From Thermoproteota archaeon (GTDB lineage Archaea > Korarchaeota > Korarchaeia > Korarchaeales > Korarchaeaceae), in NCBI GenBank assembly GCA_015522685.1, contig WALU01000032.1:32001-96000 (forward strand): a stretch of 64,000 nucleotides of DNA, in the 5' to 3' direction. The notes beneath the pieces are model-generated. The model made no database searches. It was not told the origin of the DNA and worked only from the letters and a program-made list of their open reading frames with translations. Below, piece after piece: positions 57,686 to 64,000 of this stretch. Made by a program: the position numbers and the translations under genes. Position 1 is the stretch's first letter, and each line of letters opens with the position of its first letter.

Positions 57686-58960
57686 TTATCTAGGAGGAAG
57701 TAATCCCTTCTTGGATATGAATTCCAGCCTCCTTGTCTTTACTATTGATGAGAGGAAAACGAGGGTAGCAGAAGATATGTAAAGGCCGGTTAATCCTATG
57801 AGTTCGAAGGCAAATCCTCCAAATAGCGCTCCAATAGACCAGCCTAAAGATCTAATGAAATTTACATGTCCTAAGTATTCAAGGGAAACCTTAAGGCCCC
57901 TTCTAGATATAGAGACTAATATAAAGGACCAAGTGGCTCCATCTAGGATCATAAAGGCTATGAAGTACTCTAAAGGCGAGATAATCTTCATAATTACTAC
58001 AGGTACGCTTAAGAGCATGAAAGATCTCATCATAGCTGAATAATTTAGGTTCTTAACCTCTCCTCCTTTACCGGCTCTCGAGTAAAATATGCTGGATATC
58101 AAGGAGCTTAGAGCAGATAACATGAATATCTCAGAATTATTAAGCCCTAGAGATTTTTGCACCCCTACCAGTTGTGGATATGCAAGGCCAAGTCCAATGA
58201 AAGCTAAAAATACCTTTAAACCGAATGGAACTCCTTTTCTTGGGATGCCAAGGAGTAAGTAAGATGGCCTCTGAAAGAAGGTTCCTCTGGTAGCCCTCGA
58301 TATTTGAGCTAGAGTCCACTCCAAGGCTTCCTCCTCTGCCCTTTGGACAGCTTCTAACCCATCTTCTATTATGGGGAGCACTCCAATCTCTTCCTCATAT
58401 ATCTTCCTGAGGATCCTAACTACATTAATCTCTAAGGAGATCACTATCATAGGGAAGAGAGCTAGGTCTAGTATTATTCCAGCTAAAGCTAGCATGCTGA
58501 TGCTTAGAAAGTTCAGAGCTGTACCACCAACAACGAGTCCAGAGAACCAAGCCCAGCCAGAAACAGATTCATAAGAAGATGAGGTGACGGAAGAATCTCC
58601 TAACTTATCGTAAGCATAAAACAGGCCTGAAAAGTAGGAGATAGGTGAAATAAAGGCTATTAGAAAGGATACAATTAAAGCGACGTTTATATCTTCAATC
58701 GTTAGGGCAAGAAGTGGTATTATAAGAGCTAGATGACCTAGCGAGATGCCTGTAGTGTGGCGATGTCTAGGGGATAGAGCCTTGGTCCAGATCATATTGC
58801 CTAGCATCAGTCCTATATACATGAAGAAGAAGGAGAAAGAAAGATGTTCCGGCCCTCCTCCATAATCTAGAACTGCTAGAGGAGCTAACTGATATATCAT
58901 TGAGGAGAGAAATCTATGAGGGATAGAGGCCGTTTTCCACTTCTCCATTTCTCTTCTCAC
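57686..58960 (-). CDS. MFS-like multi-pass membrane protein
   Basis: Two bundles of about six TM helices separated by a long cytoplasmic loop. Confidence 0.65.
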   Translation of the reverse strand: MRREMEKWKTASIPHRFLSSMIYQLAPLAVLDYGGGPEHLSFSFFFMYIGLMLGNMIWTKALSPRHRHTTGISLGHLALIIPLLALTIEDINVALIVSFLIAFISPISYFSGLFYAYDKLGDSSVTSSSYESVSGWAWFSGLVVGGTALNFLSISMLALAGIILDLALFPMIVISLEINVVRILRKIYEEEIGVLPIIEDGLEAVQRAEEEALEWTLAQISRATRGTFFQRPSYLLLGIPRKGVPFGLKVFLAFIGLGLAYPQLVGVQKSLGLNNSEIFMLSALSSLISSIFYSRAGKGGEVKNLNYSAMMRSFMLLSVPVVIMKIISPLEYFIAFMILDGATWSFILVSISRRGLKVSLEYLGHVNFIRSLGWSIGALFGGFAFELIGLTGLYISSATLVFLSSIVKTRRLEFISKKGLLPPR

Positions 58961-59627
58961 TTTCGCCTTCCAAAATTTCCCTTAAAGCTGATTTGATGTA
59001 AGGTCTCAGCTCATCCTTCAGGACGAGGCCTACAGCTATTCCCACAGCCACTCCAATTAATATGGTGACTGAGGCAACAGCTATTACTGTTATCTCCACT
59101 AGGAGGCCTGCCTCCACTCCCATCGCAGAAAGGGCGAATACTGTGAAAACGAACATGTTTCCAAACTTTAAAAGAGATCCTAAGATGCTTTTCCCAGCTA
59201 CAGCTGATGACATGACCTGTTTCTTCATCAGGGCACCAACTACGAGGCCTATGAATATCAGAAATATACTAGCTAATATCCTAGGTGAATACCGGACGAA
59301 GGATCTAGTACTATCCATCAAAAATCCTGACCCAATGTTCTCAGCAGATATCCCCATGAATAAGAAGTAGATATACCATTTCACTAGACCAGCAATTACT
59401 CTAGAAGGACTTATCCCATATAACTCTCTCATTAATCCCTTCTTTCTAACCCATTTATCTAATCCTATAAATTTCCTCAGGAGTCCGCTTATCAGAATGT
59501 CAGCTAATCTCCCTATTGCATACCCCACAAGCAAGATGATTCCAGCAGACAGCAATCTCGGCGCAATAACTCGGAATGCCAGCCATAGGCCTCTTAAGGC
59601 CACCATGATGCCTTGAAGACCTTGCAT
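58914..59627 (-). CDS. MscS-associated TM-helix repeat (CmpX-like) membrane protein
   Basis: Repeated PRLLSAGIILLVG / PRILASIFLIFIG helices; GVAVGIAVGL. Confidence 0.7.
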   Translation of the reverse strand: MQGLQGIMVALRGLWLAFRVIAPRLLSAGIILLVGYAIGRLADILISGLLRKFIGLDKWVRKKGLMRELYGISPSRVIAGLVKWYIYFLFMGISAENIGSGFLMDSTRSFVRYSPRILASIFLIFIGLVVGALMKKQVMSSAVAGKSILGSLLKFGNMFVFTVFALSAMGVEAGLLVEITVIAVASVTILIGVAVGIAVGLVLKDELRPYIKSALREILEGESEKRNGEVENGLYPS

Positions 59628-59847
59628 TTTCTCAACTCAGCCGTGTGCTTTCTCTATTCCATTTATAAACATTACTACCCATATCCTAGAAAGAATCTAT
59701 TATAACTGTAGATATATTTTATAGAATAATATTAGTATAATCTATGAGAATATAGTTTAACTATTTTTGCAAACTAATATAGCGTCAATTATTTTAACTC
59801 AAAATGGATAATATATATGCTAGAAGAAAAAGGTGAAGCTCAAGAAT

Positions 59848-61290
59848 TCAATCATGAGGAAGTCGGTCCATGGGCTTAACATCGTGAGGAGCTATCTCTC
59901 TAGTCCCTATAGGCGAAACAAGGGCCATTTTAGCCTTAATCTTTATCTCGGTTATATTTGCTGCTCCCACGTATCCAAAGGCTGCTTTTAATCCGGCTAC
60001 AAACTTCTCTATGACCGTTGCAACATCTCCTCTGTAGGGGACGAGTCCTTCAATTCCCTCAGCTATATCTTTTGAGGGCTTACTATATCTATCAAGGACG
60101 AATCTCCTCGATCTGGCAGAGGGACTTCCCATTCCTCTGTAAACTTTATACATCTTGCCACCTACTATAAGAGGAGATCCAGGAGACTCTTTAGTACCAG
60201 CTAAGGCAAATCCAAGCATTACAGCATCAGCTCCGGCAGTGAAAGATTTTGATGCTTCAGCAGGTCCTCTTACTCCCCCATCTGCTATTACAGCTGCACT
60301 AGAACCATATTTAGCTACTGCTTCTGATACTTTAGCTACAGCATAAAGTGTGGGAGCTGCAACGCCAGTAACCTCCCCCGTAGTGCATATACTTCCACTA
60401 GCTATTCCCACTCTCAAACCAGCGATATCTAACCTAGTTATTACTTCCTCAGCTGCCTCATAAGTGCCTATATTTCCAACTACTAAAGGAACATCCACTT
60501 CGTTGGTGATCCTCTTAGTTGCGGCTATCACATTCTCATTATGAAAGTGGGCTATATCAGTTACTAACAGATCGACGTAAGGCTCTAGAGCTTTAGCTCT
60601 CTCCAAATCGAATGGCGAAATAGCTGCAGCAACTCTTAACCTACCTTTATTATCTCTTGTTGCGAATGGGTGAGACTCCCTATAAAACACATCTTTAGCT
60701 GTTATCAATCCTACCAGATAGCCTTTCTTATCTACCACAGGCAATTTCTCTATCTTATACTCAGATATTATCTTTCTAGCATCTTGGGGCGTGATACCTG
60801 AGCTAACTGTTATGACGTCTTTTGTCATCACATCCTCGACTTTTAAACTGCCATTCTCAGCAAAATACACATCTCTCCTTGTGATAATGCCCTTCAGCTT
60901 TCCATCAACTACTACCGGCAGGCCCGAGATGTTCATCTCCCTCAGTATGCTCTTAGCTTTCTCAACACTATCTGTTGGAGATACAGTGATGACGTCCCTT
61001 ATAATGAAAGATTCAGCTCTCTTAACAGCCTTTACCATTCTAACTTGCTCATCTACCGTACAATTACGATGTATGACTCCCAATCCGCCCATTCTAGCTA
61101 TGGCGATTGCCATATTCTCTTCAGTTACTGTATCCATAGGAGATGATAGTATGGGAACATGAAGCCCCATCTCTCCTATATGAGTTGATAGATCCACCTC
61201 CGAGGGCTCCACTTCAGTCTTTCCAGGGAGTAGAATCACATCTCCAAAGGTGAATGCAACATCAGCATTAGCTAACTTATCCCAAGGCAT
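59848..61290 (-). CDS. guaB: IMP dehydrogenase with CBS pair
   Basis: SSPMDTVTE, GIASGSICTT, IADGG, YRGMGS, EGIEG. Confidence 0.96.
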   Translation of the reverse strand: MPWDKLANADVAFTFGDVILLPGKTEVEPSEVDLSTHIGEMGLHVPILSSPMDTVTEENMAIAIARMGGLGVIHRNCTVDEQVRMVKAVKRAESFIIRDVITVSPTDSVEKAKSILREMNISGLPVVVDGKLKGIITRRDVYFAENGSLKVEDVMTKDVITVSSGITPQDARKIISEYKIEKLPVVDKKGYLVGLITAKDVFYRESHPFATRDNKGRLRVAAAISPFDLERAKALEPYVDLLVTDIAHFHNENVIAATKRITNEVDVPLVVGNIGTYEAAEEVITRLDIAGLRVGIASGSICTTGEVTGVAAPTLYAVAKVSEAVAKYGSSAAVIADGGVRGPAEASKSFTAGADAVMLGFALAGTKESPGSPLIVGGKMYKVYRGMGSPSARSRRFVLDRYSKPSKDIAEGIEGLVPYRGDVATVIEKFVAGLKAAFGYVGAANITEIKIKAKMALVSPIGTREIAPHDVKPMDRLPHD

Positions 61291-61364
61291 ATTTAGAGAG
61301 GCCCACAGGAAGGATAAACTTTTCGTTGGATAAGCTATATTAGAGTAGTGAAAAGATAATCCAG

Positions 61365-61769
61365 TTAATCTTCCACTATCCTACTCTTAGGTATGAGGTT
61401 GTGTAAAATATTACCGTCATAATAACCAGAGCCAGCAAAAATAGGACCATATTTGGCTATATATACTCCTTTTTCTTCCAGCTTGAGGGAAAGATTCTCC
61501 CCTTTCATCCATCTAGAAAAAAAGTCTCTATCCAGCTCCACTACATGCTTCAAGGCCCGCCTTCCAATGATCCAAGATCCTTCTATACTGAGTATATAGC
61601 CATAGGGAGCCTTTTTGGCTATATATACCCCTCGGATAATGTCCTTTACCTTAAAACTCGCTACCCCCTTAGAAGTGCATCTTATTTTCTTCTTTCCAGA
61701 CCTAATTAAATCTATATCGCTTAGGTTAGCCTCAAACCATTTTCTAATCCATTTTAAGAACTCGCTTAC
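61365..61769 (-). CDS. NIP7/PUA-like RsmF accessory-domain protein (start uncertain)
   Basis: LSIEGSWIIG...VVELD...WMKGE...NLIPKSR; directly follows the m5C methyltransferase. Confidence 0.65.
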   Translation of the reverse strand, partial: VSEFLKWIRKWFEANLSDIDLIRSGKKKIRCTSKGVASFKVKDIIRGVYIAKKAPYGYILSIEGSWIIGRRALKHVVELDRDFFSRWMKGENLSLKLEEKGVYIAKYGPIFAGSGYYDGNILHNLIPKSRIVED

Positions 61770-62710
61770 ATTGGCTTCCTTATTAGAGCTACGTAGAACC
61801 CTAGAGTATCGTTGTCCTGCGGATAAATCCTCATGGTCTTTCTTATCTCTCCCCCAAATTCCCAACTGAGCCACCTCTCAATTCCGGATCTCCATTTCAG
61901 TCCTTTTATATGGATATCCTCTATTATTGCGCCTGCTTTCATTAGGTTATAAACAACCCACTCATTCTCCTTTGGCTCTAGTGTACATGTAGAGTAAACC
62001 ATTAATCCTCCAGGCTTTAATGTCCTATAAGCAGCTTTTGCAAGTGAAACTTGAAGTCTAGATATTTTACTAACCGATTTAGGGCTCCATCTAGCAAGAG
62101 CCCCCCATGATCTTCTTATCTCACCAAGAGAGCTACAAGGGGCATCTAAAAGTACCTTATCAAATATATCATGGCCCAACCTAGAAGAAACCAGTCTTCC
62201 ATCCATCATAGTAATTATCACATTTAGGGATCCCATCCTCTGAATATTAGCTATAAGAGTATCTACTCTACTAGGGTTTACATCGTTTGCTACTATAACT
62301 CCCTCATATTTCATCATTTCAGATATTTGTGTTGTTTTAGACCCGGGAGAAGCAGCAAGATCTAATATCTTCTCTCCTGATTTAGGTGAAAGTACTATGG
62401 GAGGTATCATTGATGCGGCTTCTTGGACATAATAGAAACCGAGCTGATGCCACTCAGTATTGCCTAATCTTTCAGGTCCTTCTATGACTCTGTACCCGTT
62501 CCCATACCATGAAATTTGCTGTAACCTCCAGCCTAATCTTTCAAGTTTCTCTACCATCCAATTTGGATCGACCTTCATTGGGTTAACCCTTATGCTTGGA
62601 ATAGGTTTCTTAGCCATAAAGGACAGGAGGATTTCATACTCCTCTCCTAAGAGTTTTCTATATCTTTTTTCAAATTCAGGCTTTATCATCTCCTTGAGTA
62701 TAATGCTCAT
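61766..62710 (-). CDS. NOL1/NOP2/Sun RNA m5C methyltransferase
   Basis: YYVQEAASM, DLAASPGSKT, LLDAPCS, YSTCT..P.ENE. Confidence 0.94.
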   Translation of the reverse strand: MSIILKEMIKPEFEKRYRKLLGEEYEILLSFMAKKPIPSIRVNPMKVDPNWMVEKLERLGWRLQQISWYGNGYRVIEGPERLGNTEWHQLGFYYVQEAASMIPPIVLSPKSGEKILDLAASPGSKTTQISEMMKYEGVIVANDVNPSRVDTLIANIQRMGSLNVIITMMDGRLVSSRLGHDIFDKVLLDAPCSSLGEIRRSWGALARWSPKSVSKISRLQVSLAKAAYRTLKPGGLMVYSTCTLEPKENEWVVYNLMKAGAIIEDIHIKGLKWRSGIERWLSWEFGGEIRKTMRIYPQDNDTLGFYVALIRKPM

Positions 62711-62774
62711 CAGTCATTATCTAGAAGCTCAGCTTTATGTAGGTTTTGCCAGATAATGCTTGAAGGGTGTTGAT

Positions 62775-64000
62775 TTGGAGGACATCAAAGAGCTAATAAT
62801 CAGATTAGCTGCAGAGAATGCCCTTAGATATGGAAAAGCTAGTCCTAAAGCTGTTCTTGGAAAACTGATTGCTGCTAGGCCAGATCTAAGACCCAAAGCT
62901 AAGGAGCTGATATCTATTGTGGAGGAGGTAGTGATAGGGGTAAATAAGATGTCTATGAATTCGCTAAAGGGCCTAGCTCCCCAAAGAAAAGCCAAGAAGG
63001 AGGAAGAGAGAATTTGGCCCCCATTAGAAGGTGTTGAAGAAGGGAAAGTGGTAACTAGAGTAGCTCCTGAGCCAAATGGCTATCCGACCCTAGGCCACGC
63101 AAAGGGGCTTCTAGTCCCTTTTATATATGCTCGCCTCTATAAAGGAAAATTTCTGCTTAGGTTTGAAGACACGAATCCAAGGGTGGAAAAGCTCGAGTAC
63201 TATGATGCAATTAGAGAAGAGTTTTCAAAGTTGTTAGAAGCAGCCGAAAGGGAGCTAGGTCTATCCCCTGGTAAGTGGGATGAGGAGATAATAGAGTCCT
63301 ATCACCTCCCAAAGATGTATGAATTAGCTAGAAAGCTGATAGAGCAAGGAGATGCTTACGTATGCACTTGTCCAGCCCATATAGTTAGAATGAAGAGAAA
63401 GCTTGGTGAACCATGCGAGCACAGGGATCAATCAGTGGAGAAGAACCTTGAGTTATGGGATAAAATGCTATCTGGGGAGTTTGGCGAAGGAGAGGCTCAT
63501 CTGAGGCTAAAGACTGATATGAAACATCCCAATATCACAATGAGAGATCCAGGCATCTTCAGGATAGTAGAAGCTCTCCATCCCATACATGGAGATAGAT
63601 TTAGAGTATATCCTGTTTACGACTTCTCCGTAAGCATTATGGATTCCCTCTCTGGAGTGACTCATGCCTTCAGGAGCAAGGAGTTCGAGCCTCATGTAGA
63701 AGTTCAGCTAGCAATACTTAGGAAGCTAGGACTTAGGGAGTACAGCATGATACAGTTCGGTAGGATAACCATAGAGGGGATTCCTCTTTCCAAGAGATAC
63801 ATACGTCCGCTGGTTGAGAGTAGGATTCTAGATGGATGGGATGATCCCCGCATCCCAACGCTGAGAGGACTCTTCAGGAGGGGAATATTACCTGAAGCAA
63901 TAGTTAGATTCTTCTATGAGTTGGGGCCAAGTAAAGTAGATGCTACAGTCAACATGGATATAATAGCAGCAATAAATAGGAAGATCCTTGATCCCAAAGT
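62775..64000 (+). CDS. gltX: Glutamate--tRNA ligase (runs off window edge)
   Basis: Manual translation: ENALRYGKA, TRVAPEPNGYPTLGH, LRFEDTNP, YPVYDF, THAFRSKE, LSKR, GWDDPRIPTL. Confidence 0.95.
   Translation, partial: MEDIKELIIRLAAENALRYGKASPKAVLGKLIAARPDLRPKAKELISIVEEVVIGVNKMSMNSLKGLAPQRKAKKEEERIWPPLEGVEEGKVVTRVAPEPNGYPTLGHAKGLLVPFIYARLYKGKFLLRFEDTNPRVEKLEYYDAIREEFSKLLEAAERELGLSPGKWDEEIIESYHLPKMYELARKLIEQGDAYVCTCPAHIVRMKRKLGEPCEHRDQSVEKNLELWDKMLSGEFGEGEAHLRLKTDMKHPNITMRDPGIFRIVEALHPIHGDRFRVYPVYDFSVSIMDSLSGVTHAFRSKEFEPHVEVQLAILRKLGLREYSMIQFGRITIEGIPLSKRYIRPLVESRILDGWDDPRIPTLRGLFRRGILPEAIVRFFYELGPSKVDATVNMDIIAAINRKILDPK

Noticed and set aside
63085-63100. GluRS HIGH motif reads TLGH
   Set aside because: HIGH variants are common in class I synthetases and the other motifs are intact; not evidence of inactivation.
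28-63695. Many 60-200 aa ORFs antisense to identified genes (e.g. 28-249, 10574-11014, 20596-21102, 33899-34513, 62735-62995)
   Set aside because: Ser/Ile/Leu-rich shadow frames of well-supported genes on the opposite strand.
1-64000. CRISPR arrays, IS elements, integrases, proviral genes
   Set aside because: No regularly spaced repeats and no transposase, integrase or capsid motifs seen by eye.

Overview
Gene-dense archaeal chromosome segment. The combination of an archaeal histone, S26e, PolB1 plus a PolB3-type polymerase, GatDE and Tsr3 points to a TACK lineage; Korarchaeota-like is my inference. Content is mostly housekeeping: translation (ProRS, GluRS, GatDE, pelota, DHS, a five-gene fragment of the S10 cluster, intron-containing tRNA-Tyr), replication/repair (two PolBs, Ogg, RNase HIII-like, stand-alone HerA-NurA), isoprenoid/lipid synthesis (HMGS-thiolase-DUF35, GGPP synthase, GGR family, two tandem SEC59-like kinases) and nucleotide metabolism (pyrG, guaB). 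I saw no CRISPR array, integrase or transposase. The most notable signals are: (1) several full-length ORFs that have lost catalytic residues (exonuclease-dead PolB3, Cys/His-less thiolase in the mevalonate operon, PP-loop-dead TtuA paralog, GlcD-like flavoprotein without its EHG motif); (2) a HerA-NurA pair without mre11/rad50; (3) an 81-nt structured element ending in ACA upstream of dnaG, plus a second GC-rich sRNA candidate; (4) two genes whose best-placed starts are ATA/GTA overlapping the upstream stop; (5) several decayed pseudogenes in apparent intergenic gaps. All calls come from reading motifs by eye; no database search was run.
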